Shown piece after piece: positions 38,819 to 47,496 of a stretch of 64,000 bases of DNA; within the stretch, counting starts at the first letter, position 1; every line of letters starts with the position of its first letter. Where the stretch lies: the IMG/VR virus record IMGVR_UViG_3300025030_000045. The stretch is one strand, 5' to 3'. The notes under the pieces were generated by a model, which worked only from the letters and a program-made list of their open reading frames with translations, made no database searches and was not told where the DNA came from. Source of the DNA: a virus. Position numbers and translations under genes: made by a program.

Positions 38819-39388
38819 TTAGTTCCCTTCTTTCCATATGAATGATTTGACTTGTTCCCAAACTTCCTGTTCGTTTGTGGCATTGATGTCGATGAGAATC
38901 TTGTTCGGAATGATAGAACGTTGATGAGAATCGATGAATCGATCAACCTCAACCGTCTTCTCTTTCATCCTTGTAGAAAATGATAGACCATCGTCTCGTG
39001 AAATGAGGTTAAGCGGTTGGTCAATGAATGTAATGAGATAATTTTTATTCCAATTTCCCTCATCATGATATTTTGCATCCTCTTCAAGTTCCCATATGAA
39101 GTTAGCATCATAATCACGATACATTTTACCATAGACCCATTCACCGAGGTGGCTGCGGTCAAGAATGAAACCGTTTGTACCAAGTCCACCTTTATTCAAA
39201 CGAATGATGTCAAACATTCGCCGATATAACATTTCAGATTTTTTTATGCAGTGATCCTTTTCAGGAATTCCGAGATTTGCAAAATGTAGGATGAAAGGAT
39301 ACATACCACGAGCTGCAATTTCTTTATAGAGTCTGTTGACCTGTGTGCTCTTACCGACTCGATCTGGCCCTTCACAAAAAATATTCAT
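38819..39388 (-). CDS. dNMP (thymidylate-kinase-like) kinase
   Basis: IF.EG.D..GKST P-loop, ILDR.H.GE.VYG..YR. Confidence 0.85.
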   Translation of the reverse strand: MNIFCEGPDRVGKSTQVNRLYKEIAARGMYPFILHFANLGIPEKDHCIKKSEMLYRRMFDIIRLNKGGLGTNGFILDRSHLGEWVYGKMYRDYDANFIWELEEDAKYHDEGNWNKNYLITFIDQPLNLISRDDGLSFSTRMKEKTVEVDRFIDSHQRSIIPNKILIDINATNEQEVWEQVKSFIWKEGN

Positions 39389-40209
39389 TATAGATACCTT
39401 TCCCTAAATTTTTCGTCATAACGATCTAACCAAACAATATCGCCTCTATTAAAAATTTCAACTATATCATCCGTTTTTAGTATATGCATGTCTTTCTCTG
39501 TGATTATTATAAAACTATCACCCAATTTATTTTTTGCGGCTTCAAATTTGTGACGATTGGTATAAGCACCTAATAATGACGCGGGTTTTACTTCAATATA
39601 AACATCGCTATTTTTTAAATAAAAATCGGGGAAATAATTTCGTTCTGCCCCATCCATATGATAAGGAATGGCGTGTTTCTTTGTTTCGGCAATCTCAAAT
39701 TCGATGTTATTATCATAAAGATATTTCAGATATGATAATTCCATGATTGAACGAAAGTAATGTCCTTTAAACCAACCACTCCAACCGTTGCCAGAACCGC
39801 GTGGTGCTGGCTTCCCAAACATATTATTCTTTTCGCCAATTTGTGCATCGCTCAACTTCTTTTTAATAATGCGTGATTTTTCAAGCCCATATACTTCATC
39901 AAACGTTTGTCCTTTTTCTAAAAACCTTGGACCAAAATAACTTCCTCCGAAGTTTGAATTCTTCTCCCCCATTGTTGCTTTGCTCATCGTCTCCCGAAAT
40001 ATTTTTCCCTTTTCTTCCCCGACGATTTCTTCGATCTTTTTACCTTTTTGTGCTTTCCAAAATGTTTGTTCGGCTGGTTTACGAGAACCATTTTTATACT
40101 GCTCCCGTTGTTTGCAACTCCTACAAAGCTGTCTTCCGTAATTTTTTAAACTACGATTAAGATTAAACTTGCTTAATGTCTTGATCTCTTTACCACATTC
40201 ACACAACAT
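39388..40209 (-). mobile_element. free-standing homing endonuclease (NUMOD3-like repeats + TnsA-like PD-(D/E)xK)
   Basis: KGK..EEI.G.E, GEKN.MFGK, GSG.G.SG, FRS..EL, Y.PDF, EVKP, ITE; AT-rich. Confidence 0.82.
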
Positions 40210-40219
40210 TATTTTGTCT

Positions 40220-40251
40220 CCTCAAATAAATTTAAAATTATTTATTTGAGG
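40220..40251 (-). promoter_or_regulatory. SD-sequestering hairpin containing late promoter-like AATAAATA
   Basis: 12-bp stem cctcaaataaat/atttatttgagg covering the GAGG of the endonuclease RBS. Confidence 0.7.
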
Positions 40252-40269
40252 GACCTGATAATGTGGGAT

Positions 40270-40434
40270 TTAAAGAGGGAAGGTGTAAAGTAAAAATCTT
40301 TCCTCAAACTGTTCGTCGGTAATGTCATCGGATATTGCATGAATTCTTATCATATGTGTCTTTATGTTTTCGCCAAACACAATTTCATTACACAGTGGAC
40401 ATATGTACTTTCGCCCTTCAATAAAAATATTCAT
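40270..40434 (-). CDS. 54-aa C2H2 zinc-finger protein (absent from ORF track)
   Basis: AAGGAG RBS; MNIFIEGRKYICPLCNEIVFGENIKTHMIRIH... Confidence 0.7.
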   Translation of the reverse strand: MNIFIEGRKYICPLCNEIVFGENIKTHMIRIHAISDDITDEQFEERFLLYTFPL

Positions 40435-40461
40435 ATATACTCCTTTGATTCATGGAGAGCT

Positions 40462-40490
40462 ATTATAACAAATTCATTCATCTGTGTCAA
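40462..40490 (-). promoter_or_regulatory. consensus early promoter
   Basis: TTGACA-17-TATAAT with TG extension. Confidence 0.85.
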
Positions 40491-40493
40491 TTG

Positions 40494-40691
40494 TTATTTG
40501 GGTGGGAGAGTACAGAATTCCGGGAAAGGACCATCATAATCGTTTCTATATTCATGGATGAATCTTTCTTCCTTTTGACATGATGACCAGTCACTATCAT
40601 GACCCAGTCCATAACCTCTGTGGAAGAAAGGACATTTACAGCTGCATCCTCTTAAAACAATTGGGTCTCTGTTTACGACTCTTTCTATCAT
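40494..40691 (-). CDS. hypothetical Cys-rich protein
   Basis: C...CPF, C, P..C.L; AAGGAG upstream. Confidence 0.55.
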   Translation of the reverse strand: MIERVVNRDPIVLRGCSCKCPFFHRGYGLGHDSDWSSCQKEERFIHEYRNDYDGPFPEFCTLPPK

Positions 40692-40704
40692 GACTTTTTG
40701 CTCC

Positions 40705-41043
40705 TTATGATTTCCTCTTCAGTATTGCAACATTCGTCGGTGGTTGCAGGGGTTCATAAAGCGCGCGTTCACGAAACCTAAATTCATTCATGGCATCAGC
40801 AAATTCTGGATCAGACATTCCCGCCATTAATTCTAATGCAAAACTTGCATAAGACCGTTTAGTGAATCCATCCATTCCCGTAGCGCAGCGGCCCCAAATA
40901 ATCAGTTCATAAAGAACATAACCTCTTGTGAGTTCCATATCATGAATTCTGACTTGATGTAAAGCATGCACCAATCCGATTTGTTCTTTAGTCAAAAAGA
41001 TACGATCAAAGAATTCTTCCACACCTGATTTATCCTTTGGCAT
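40705..41043 (-). CDS. hypothetical protein
   Basis: GAGGAG RBS. Confidence 0.6.
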   Translation of the reverse strand: MPKDKSGVEEFFDRIFLTKEQIGLVHALHQVRIHDMELTRGYVLYELIIWGRCATGMDGFTKRSYASFALELMAGMSDPEFADAMNEFRFRERALYEPLQPPTNVAILKRKS

Positions 41044-41050
41044 TGTCTCC

Positions 41051-41602
41051 TCACTTCCCTGATAGAATATTCATTCCAATTTTAAAAATATCCTGAGCCG
41101 CATTACAGGAACCCACGGTATGGTATTCGATCCCTCGTTGTTCAAAGAATTCAAGAATCTGATTGTCAACCGCAATAGACTGCTCCTGATCATGCAAACG
41201 ACCAATCATGCTATGGGGCCAATCTCCACGATTTAAGAAGATGTTTACGTGTCGGAATGAATGATGCTTTTCCCAGGCAAGTTGACATAGAGTTGGATCA
41301 TCAGCAGCATAGATGAATTGTAACAGAAGAGGAGAGTCATTCACAGCAATTTGATACTTGCCGTCTATTCGATTCATTCTGTGGAATTGATTACCGAAGA
41401 TGTATGGTTGGCTTTTAAATGCGGCAAGTTCTTCGCTGTTAATTGCGTCTGTTGCAAATTCACCGACGAGAGTACTGACTACATGCTGTTTCTTAAACAA
41501 AACAAAGACCTCGGCAGCAGTCAATGTCTTGCCTGCACCGGGGCCCGAGAACAAATTGAAATGTAATGTCTCGTATGTTTTACATAGGTCTCCTTCTGTC
41601 AT
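41051..41602 (-). CDS. P-loop NTPase, NadR/Ttd14 AAA_28-like kinase
   Basis: NLF.GPGAGKT, V.E.A, Q.YIFG.Q..R, DSPL. Confidence 0.78.
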   Translation of the reverse strand: MTEGDLCKTYETLHFNLFSGPGAGKTLTAAEVFVLFKKQHVVSTLVGEFATDAINSEELAAFKSQPYIFGNQFHRMNRIDGKYQIAVNDSPLLLQFIYAADDPTLCQLAWEKHHSFRHVNIFLNRGDWPHSMIGRLHDQEQSIAVDNQILEFFEQRGIEYHTVGSCNAAQDIFKIGMNILSGK

Positions 41603-41620
41603 AGGCGGTTAGGCTCCTTT

Positions 41621-42142
41621 TCATTTTATGAACTCCTTATCATAGAAGTCATTGATAATCTCGGCATGATCAAATGCCAATTCTGGAAGTTCGTTATAAC
41701 GGAAGAAATCGAATCCAGCAGCATCGTCTCCGGCAATAACGTTCTTCGGGTCAATTCTTTTTATGCAGACATATGTGATTGATATGTTGTGTTGGCGAGG
41801 ATCGCGTTTCGGGTCACTATAAACGCCGTGGAGATAAAGATCATCTTGTTCTATCGGTGTTGTTGTCTCCTCCATGAGTTCCCTGACAGCCGCGGCGGGA
41901 CAAGATTCACCGAGATCAACGAAGCCGCCGGGAAGTGCCCAACCCAACGGGGCATTCTTTCGTTTGATGAGCATGATGCGCGAATCTTTGTCGAGGGCGA
42001 TGATGTCAACCGTCGGTGTTGGGTTACGATATTTCTTGACCTTCTTATTCAGTAAGGCATAGATACCCCCGACAGCAAAGCCAATATAACCAATAAAGGC
42101 TACTGTTAATAAAATTGGCAACACACAGATGAACATATCCAT
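41621..42142 (-). CDS. Nudix hydrolase with N-terminal hydrophobic anchor
   Basis: NP.PTVD, WALPGGFVD.GE....AA.RE..EET, DP.RDPR, AGDDA, LAFDH. Confidence 0.9.
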   Translation of the reverse strand: MDMFICVLPILLTVAFIGYIGFAVGGIYALLNKKVKKYRNPTPTVDIIALDKDSRIMLIKRKNAPLGWALPGGFVDLGESCPAAAVRELMEETTTPIEQDDLYLHGVYSDPKRDPRQHNISITYVCIKRIDPKNVIAGDDAAGFDFFRYNELPELAFDHAEIINDFYDKEFIK

Positions 42143-42174
42143 TTTTGTTCCTCTCGTTGTTTGATTATGAGTGT

Positions 42175-42203
42175 ATTTTAAACTAAATGAGAATGAATGT
42201 CAA
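42175..42203 (-). promoter_or_regulatory. early promoter
   Basis: TTGACA-17-TAAAAT. Confidence 0.75.
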
Positions 42204-42214
42204 CTGAAATTATT

Positions 42215-42502
42215 TCATTCCTTCAGGAAGTGATGTGCACCACTTTCGATGCGATGTAAAAGTTGAAGGTTATGCCCAAAATTGATACATAGACGCGATT
42301 CTCTTTGAAAGTACTCGAGAAGATAGGTAACATCTCCAAGAATAGAAGCCGTCTGTGCGAGATCTTGTTTGAGACTCTTGTGTGCATCCTCTAATTTTTG
42401 TAGACGTGTCGTTAACATCTCCTGTGTAAAGGGCGTCCAAGGTCCCATTGGTAAATTGCGCCAATGAAGCACCCCACCTATGATTCGTTCTTCATAGAAC
42501 AT
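42215..42502 (-). CDS. hypothetical protein
   Basis: GGAG RBS; operon-packed. Confidence 0.6.
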   Translation of the reverse strand: MFYEERIIGGVLHWRNLPMGPWTPFTQEMLTTRLQKLEDAHKSLKQDLAQTASILGDVTYLLEYFQRESRLCINFGHNLQLLHRIESGAHHFLKE

Positions 42503-42505
42503 ATT

Positions 42506-42760
42506 TCATCTCCATCTCCTTTCGGCATACGGTGAATCAGCGGGATGCCGAGAAATATCAAAGATGTTTCCGTGGCAGCCATACGTGAATTCTCTTCCCA
42601 GTGCTTTCTCAACGGCGGCTTTCATATCAACGTAAGAGATGGTGACAAGCTTCGCCTTGATGCTTCTCTTCACTGGCATTTCCGCGGCCTTGATAATCAA
42701 GTCAGCCTCATCAACTAAAATCTCCTCGCGACGATAGTAATATCCACCAGGTTTCGCCAT
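42506..42760 (-). CDS. hypothetical protein
   Basis: AAGGAG RBS. Confidence 0.6.
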   Translation of the reverse strand: MAKPGGYYYRREEILVDEADLIIKAAEMPVKRSIKAKLVTISYVDMKAAVEKALGREFTYGCHGNIFDISRHPADSPYAERRWR

Positions 42761-42771
42761 GATCGCTCTCC

Positions 42772-43119
42772 TTATTTCGACTCTCTTGATTTCATATTTC
42801 TTATTTCCTCCCGCGACTTGCCAATTAAATCCTTTGCAACAGCAAGTCGCTCGGTGACGTTGAGAATATAGAAGTATTTTTCGAAGCGGCGATCGATTCT
42901 CCCGGAACCGCGATAAGCCAGTTCATCGTAACTGTCTCCGAAGCGAGCACTGAAGATATCATACTTACCTTCAAAGAAACAGTAATAGAGGTCATATTTA
43001 ACGCCCTCATATTCAACCGTTGCCATGTAATTACATTCACTACATGAATGACGGTAAAGAGGACCGTCGGTATTCAAATTGAGTTCCTTCAGTATTTCTT
43101 GAAGCATTTCGTCTCGCAT
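42772..43119 (-). CDS. hypothetical protein (start revised to 43119)
   Basis: TGATG coupling; P.Y.H.C..C, DLY.C, ARFG. Confidence 0.6.
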   Translation of the reverse strand: MRDEMLQEILKELNLNTDGPLYRHSCSECNYMATVEYEGVKYDLYYCFFEGKYDIFSARFGDSYDELAYRGSGRIDRRFEKYFYILNVTERLAVAKDLIGKSREEIRNMKSRESK

Positions 43120-43286
43120 CAGATGGTTACTCCAAATAGTCGTGACATTGCATAAATGAAACCGATCATACCACAACCAAGCGGAAATACGGCCAACGGT
43201 CCCAAATCTGTTTTGTTCATAATATAGCATCCGAAAATAAAGGACACTATACTAATAAGTAATACCCCAAAATCAAGCGGTGTCAT
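43119..43286 (-). CDS. 55-aa two-TM membrane protein (absent from ORF track)
   Basis: AAGGAG RBS; MTPLDFGVLLISIVSFIFGCYIMNKTDLGPLAVFPLGCGMIGFIYAMSRLFGVTI*. Confidence 0.65.
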   Translation of the reverse strand: MTPLDFGVLLISIVSFIFGCYIMNKTDLGPLAVFPLGCGMIGFIYAMSRLFGVTI

Positions 43287-43295
43287 ATACACTCC

Positions 43296-43829
43296 TTAGC
43301 TCATATCCTCAATGATAACAACTTTCTTTCCATCAGCAATTGCTTCAGTAACCGCGCTGCCGATATGAAAATCTTCACGGCACCGGGAGTAGATGTAGGC
43401 CCCGTTCTTCTTTGCCCATTCCACGATGACCGCGCCCTGTTCATCATAATCATGCAGACCGCGCATCCAATCCGGGAGGATCACATCAAGCAGTGCACAG
43501 ATGTTGATAACCTTTACTTCGCCGTATGTGTCCATGACCCGTACGCCGTCAATGCGTTCAATCGGCCATGTGTCCGCGGCAACGATTGCTGCTGACTTGA
43601 TTGCTTTCAGCGTATATTCTTCAACTGTAATCCCGGAGAAGAATTCGTCAATACCTTCATCCGTGCTCGGTTTGGCATTGTCTTCTTTTTCACCGAAACG
43701 AATAACCTCGGCGTCAATGATAATTTCCTTCCCATCGATAGTAACACAAAAATTACCACGATCTTCATCAACGACCCAATTGTCAAGATAGGCGATCATC
43801 ATTATGAAAGTGCGATAATTTTTGTTCAT
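43296..43829 (-). CDS. hypothetical acidic early protein
   Basis: AGGAG RBS after the promoter. Confidence 0.65.
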   Translation of the reverse strand: MNKNYRTFIMMIAYLDNWVVDEDRGNFCVTIDGKEIIIDAEVIRFGEKEDNAKPSTDEGIDEFFSGITVEEYTLKAIKSAAIVAADTWPIERIDGVRVMDTYGEVKVINICALLDVILPDWMRGLHDYDEQGAVIVEWAKKNGAYIYSRCREDFHIGSAVTEAIADGKKVVIIEDMS

Positions 43830-43878
43830 TGCCGTGTCTCCTGTTGGTTGTTGAGTAAGATTATGTTTCCTTGGTTCA

Positions 43879-43907
43879 ACAATAACAAAAAGACACTATC
43901 ATGTCAA
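43879..43907 (-). promoter_or_regulatory. early promoter
   Basis: TTGACA-17-TATTGT, TG extension, A-tract UP region. Confidence 0.75.
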
Positions 43908-43957
43908 TAGAAAAAAATAGACTTTTTTCTTAGAATGATTTTTATTAGATATTATTT

Positions 43958-44299
43958 TTACATCATGATTATTGGGCACATGATAATGAACGCGACACAG
44001 AGAAAACAGATCATGATTAATAAGAGGGTTAAAAGTTTGCCGATAAAAGGTTTGCCTTTCGGCCCCGCTGAAATCTTTGATCCTGACCTATCTTGGAGCC
44101 AGGCATTTCGCATGTCATCGCCGTATTTCTTAAACAGACAATTCTCGATGCGCCAAATTACACATCTAACTTTGTAGAGTGCAATCCACCACCGAGATTT
44201 CGGTGAATACGTGGGATGATACCCAATAGGATTCTTCAGCGCATATACATTCCCGTCGTATCGCCATCTTAACCAACAACATACAATAGAACCGATCAT
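43958..44299 (-). CDS. hypothetical protein with C-terminal TM helix
   Basis: ATGA overlap with the upstream ORF; hydrophobic C-terminus. Confidence 0.45.
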   Translation of the reverse strand: MIGSIVCCWLRWRYDGNVYALKNPIGYHPTYSPKSRWWIALYKVRCVIWRIENCLFKKYGDDMRNAWLQDRSGSKISAGPKGKPFIGKLLTLLLIMICFLCVAFIIMCPIIMM

Positions 44300-44742
44300 C
44301 TCGACTTCTTCTTTCTGTCCCGCTTTGGGTGGCCGGTTTCTCCAGCAATACCTTTTTTGCCGTATGTCTTTCCTTCCCATGGGCGCGGCTTTGGCTTGTC
44401 TTCAGGCCTTGTGCTTTCAATGCCACATCCCCAATCGATCATTCTTATGGATGATATCGGCCTCGGCATTTGCCGAGATGTTGGGATATGTCCCGCATCG
44501 CATAACGGGCATTCAAGACGCCGTAGTTCATAAGAATGATAGAAGTAATCTGACCCCATCGGCGTTGATGTTAATATAAGTGGTAATGGACCGATGCAGC
44601 TCGGTTTGATTAATGTGATTTTTAGTGGAACGAGGCCAGCAAGATTGATATCATCTATCATTTTCTCGACAGAAGATCTTGTCGATTCGTCGCCGCCGGT
44701 GATGGCAATTTTTATTTCTTTCAGATCAGTTTCGCCGGTCAT
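44296..44742 (-). CDS. hypothetical protein
   Basis: GAGG RBS; CPLC. Confidence 0.5.
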   Translation of the reverse strand: MTGETDLKEIKIAITGGDESTRSSVEKMIDDINLAGLVPLKITLIKPSCIGPLPLILTSTPMGSDYFYHSYELRRLECPLCDAGHIPTSRQMPRPISSIRMIDWGCGIESTRPEDKPKPRPWEGKTYGKKGIAGETGHPKRDRKKKSR

Positions 44743-44861
44743 TTTTACCTCTTCTTATCATCACCTGATCAGGATGTCTTTGTGAACACCCGCGACACTC
44801 TTTATCAGTGCCGAACAACCGACAGTCAACACCCTCTTTGATTGCCTCTTCTGACAAGGTC

Positions 44862-45338
44862 TCAACGCTCATTTGTGTTCATCTCGTTTTTCTTAACAGA
44901 AGATTTTCTCCACTCGGTGTGGAGAAAAACGAGATGCATTGGAATAGAATCGGACGGGTCAAGAGGAAGTGTCTTAAGCAATGTTTCAAGTGCCTCGCTA
45001 TCCATTTTTTTCGGATCAACGACGCAAGTATCACAGATTGCACCATCAATCGGCGTGGGGGCGAGGAATGCGATAGAATCGGCCCACCGGGAAACTTTTA
45101 ATGTAATACCTTCAGGATGCGGACCCGGTCGCAACTCGAATGTGGCCTTCGTATACGGGGATTCATGTTTCCCGTCTCTACCGATCCCCCAAGGCAATCC
45201 AAGTGCCCGACTCTGTCCGGTGCAGATGTATTTATGTTTAACCTCGGTGGTCGGTTTCAACATGATGTTTGAGCCGACCCCGTATCGGATGGCATAAATC
45301 TTTAGTCCTGTATTCTTTTTACCCATAGGAAGCTCCAC
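44862..45338 (-). CDS. hypothetical protein
   Basis: Co-oriented ORF. Confidence 0.5.
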   Translation of the reverse strand: MELPMGKKNTGLKIYAIRYGVGSNIMLKPTTEVKHKYICTGQSRALGLPWGIGRDGKHESPYTKATFELRPGPHPEGITLKVSRWADSIAFLAPTPIDGAICDTCVVDPKKMDSEALETLLKTLPLDPSDSIPMHLVFLHTEWRKSSVKKNEMNTNER

Positions 45339-45368
45339 TTATTTAGAAATAGATTGGCCGGATATTTT

Positions 45369-45599
45369 CTATTCGTCTTTACAGACACAGTTGTTCTTGA
45401 CGAACGAATTAAGCAAAGAAACTTTGAACTTCAGGTCCCCGACCTCATCGTCCCGCTTATACAGCTTCTCCTGAATTTCCGTGTATGACAGTTGGGTGGG
45501 TGTTGATTCTTTTGGGTTGCTCCCGGGCGAACCGATAGCAAACCCGAGTGACATTCCGATAGCAAGTACAATCAACATTTTAGCAGCAGCGTCTTTCAA
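45369..45599 (-). CDS. small protein with N-terminal signal/TM and coiled coil
   Basis: GGAGG RBS with TTG start; hydrophobic N-terminus. Confidence 0.55.
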   Translation of the reverse strand: MKDAAAKMLIVLAIGMSLGFAIGSPGSNPKESTPTQLSYTEIQEKLYKRDDEVGDLKFKVSLLNSFVKNNCVCKDE

Positions 45600-45990
45600 A
45601 ATAAACCTCCGATAAATTTTACAATTGGGTGGCCGAGAGAATGTTTTTAATTATCGGACGGTGATTCGTCGCTGCCCGATTCATCGGCTGCCGGGAATGC
45701 CGCCACGGCCGAGTAGGTTGCCTTGCTCTTGAAGAACTTTCTCTCCAAACCGCGACGACGTCGGATGAACTTAAATTCGAACTTCATATCATCGATGAAT
45801 AGAAACTCCGGCCAGCGGCCCGTGCTCTCATTTGCCGAGCCGACGGTGAGGAGATCGCCACTGTGACTCATAATGCTGATCTGGGGGAATGGGATTTCGT
45901 TGAACGGGTTGAATCGGACTTTCTTTCTTTCATTGCACATAAAAGTGCTCCTTTCTTGTTCCTGTCTCTCGGCCACCCATGGCCATGTCT

Positions 45991-46266
45991 TTATGGTGCC
46001 GGTATTACCGTGATAATTCCCGCAGCAACCGCCCCTTCGTAGTATCCGGCGGCGATGTCGATTGCATGTTCTTCGAATTCCGGGAACTCGTCCGGGTGAT
46101 TGAGATCACTGCTTGAATTGATATGATGACCTTGTGACATCAATTCAAGCATCTTATGATTCACGGCGATTGCTCCTGTGACCGTCGGGGGAAACCAATG
46201 CTCGACGAGATCACTATTATGTTTCATCAGAGCAAACTGTTTTTCTCTTATCCCAAAAAAGTACAT
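45991..46266 (-). CDS. hypothetical protein (start revised to 46266)
   Basis: GGAGG RBS before MYFFGIREK. Confidence 0.55.
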   Translation of the reverse strand: MYFFGIREKQFALMKHNSDLVEHWFPPTVTGAIAVNHKMLELMSQGHHINSSSDLNHPDEFPEFEEHAIDIAAGYYEGAVAAGIITVIPAP

Positions 46267-46279
46267 CCGATCCTCCTGC

Positions 46280-46738
46280 CTACTTCGAGGCTTTGGTTTT
46301 CGCGACGGTGATGGGCTTGCACTTGAAGGGACGTTTACCGTCATTGACGGTTTTCAGCAGCGGCTTCAATTTCTCTTCGGGAACGATCTTCCGAATGGCG
46401 CCGATGTTGAAGGTGATGTTCTCCCAGAATTCTTCCTCGGTGATAAGTTCTTTGATCTGTTTCATTCCTTCAACACCACCGACGACGGAAGTCTTGGCGG
46501 CCTCGGGGGAGAATTGAAGGACGAATGCTTTACCGCCGAAGTTTTCCTTTTCCTCGGGAGCCAAAATCTCGTCAGCCAAGGCAGCGGCTTCTTTTTGAAG
46601 ATCGGCGAGCGTTTTGAACTGCGGCTTGGCAAGAATGGCATCGCACTTGATCTGTTGCCGTCCGATACGATCGGCAAGTTTGGTGAGGGTAAGAATCTTG
46701 TCAGCTTTTTCTTCGGGCGTCAAATTTGCTTTTGCCAT
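46280..46738 (-). CDS. hypothetical basic early protein
   Basis: GGAGG RBS, first gene after the promoter. Confidence 0.7.
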   Translation of the reverse strand: MAKANLTPEEKADKILTLTKLADRIGRQQIKCDAILAKPQFKTLADLQKEAAALADEILAPEEKENFGGKAFVLQFSPEAAKTSVVGGVEGMKQIKELITEEEFWENITFNIGAIRKIVPEEKLKPLLKTVNDGKRPFKCKPITVAKTKASK

Positions 46739-46774
46739 GATGGCCTCCATTGTGTTTGTTTGATTGTTGAGACA

Positions 46775-46803
46775 ATAATAACAAACAACAGAGGCCGTGT
46801 CAA
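46775..46803 (-). promoter_or_regulatory. early promoter
   Basis: TTGACA-17-TATTAT, TG extension, A-tract UP region. Confidence 0.75.
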
Positions 46804-46840
46804 TAAGAAAAATGATTATTTTTACTTTAGATGAATATTT

Positions 46841-47002
46841 TTATCCCTCGTTCAACTGGACAGTCTTTACTTCATCAAGGCGATCAAATCCACACCGTTC
46901 CGTGCACTCACGTTTAACTCTGTTCCCAGGAAGGACCCCGGTGATAATTAAGAGGTTCCCGCAATTTGGGCATTTATCATTGTCTTTTATTTCATGTAAC
47001 AT
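46841..47002 (-). CDS. 53-aa zinc-ribbon protein (absent from ORF track)
   Basis: GGAGG RBS; CPNCG...CTERCG. Confidence 0.6.
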   Translation of the reverse strand: MLHEIKDNDKCPNCGNLLIITGVLPGNRVKRECTERCGFDRLDEVKTVQLNEG

Positions 47003-47005
47003 TTT

Positions 47006-47464
47006 CTATTCCTCCTTTATTCTTGTAACCCAACAATTATTCCCATGCATAATCCGATGATATATTTCATCTTTGATTATACTATTAAGATATTCACGAT
47101 CCTCGACCGTCAACCATCGCACAAAGCCATCTGTTTTTTCTATTCTTGATGTAGTGACTAACTCGTCTCCGAGATGACAACCGACTCTTGCTGGTCTTTT
47201 CACACCATCAATTTCACCATAGTAATAAAGTAAATATGGATTGCCGAGTATCAATTGTTCGCCATACTGTGTAGTAATTATATCAAGAATCTGTGTTTTC
47301 TTTTTGACGTGTTCTAACCATAATGTATCCTTGTCATCTTCAACAAATTCACAGTGTTCCTTACAATGTGGGCAGATACTAACATCTTGAAAGTCAGGGC
47401 CGTCGGGTCCCATCATTCTATTTTTTCTCCCAACAGCAATTACTAATCTTTTCCATGCATTCAT
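47006..47464 (-). CDS. hypothetical protein
   Basis: AAGGAG RBS; CPHCKEHC. Confidence 0.6.
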   Translation of the reverse strand: MNAWKRLVIAVGRKNRMMGPDGPDFQDVSICPHCKEHCEFVEDDKDTLWLEHVKKKTQILDIITTQYGEQLILGNPYLLYYYGEIDGVKRPARVGCHLGDELVTTSRIEKTDGFVRWLTVEDREYLNSIIKDEIYHRIMHGNNCWVTRIKEE

Positions 47465-47496
47465 TTCTCCTTATCACACGAAGGCCGGTCATGTTT

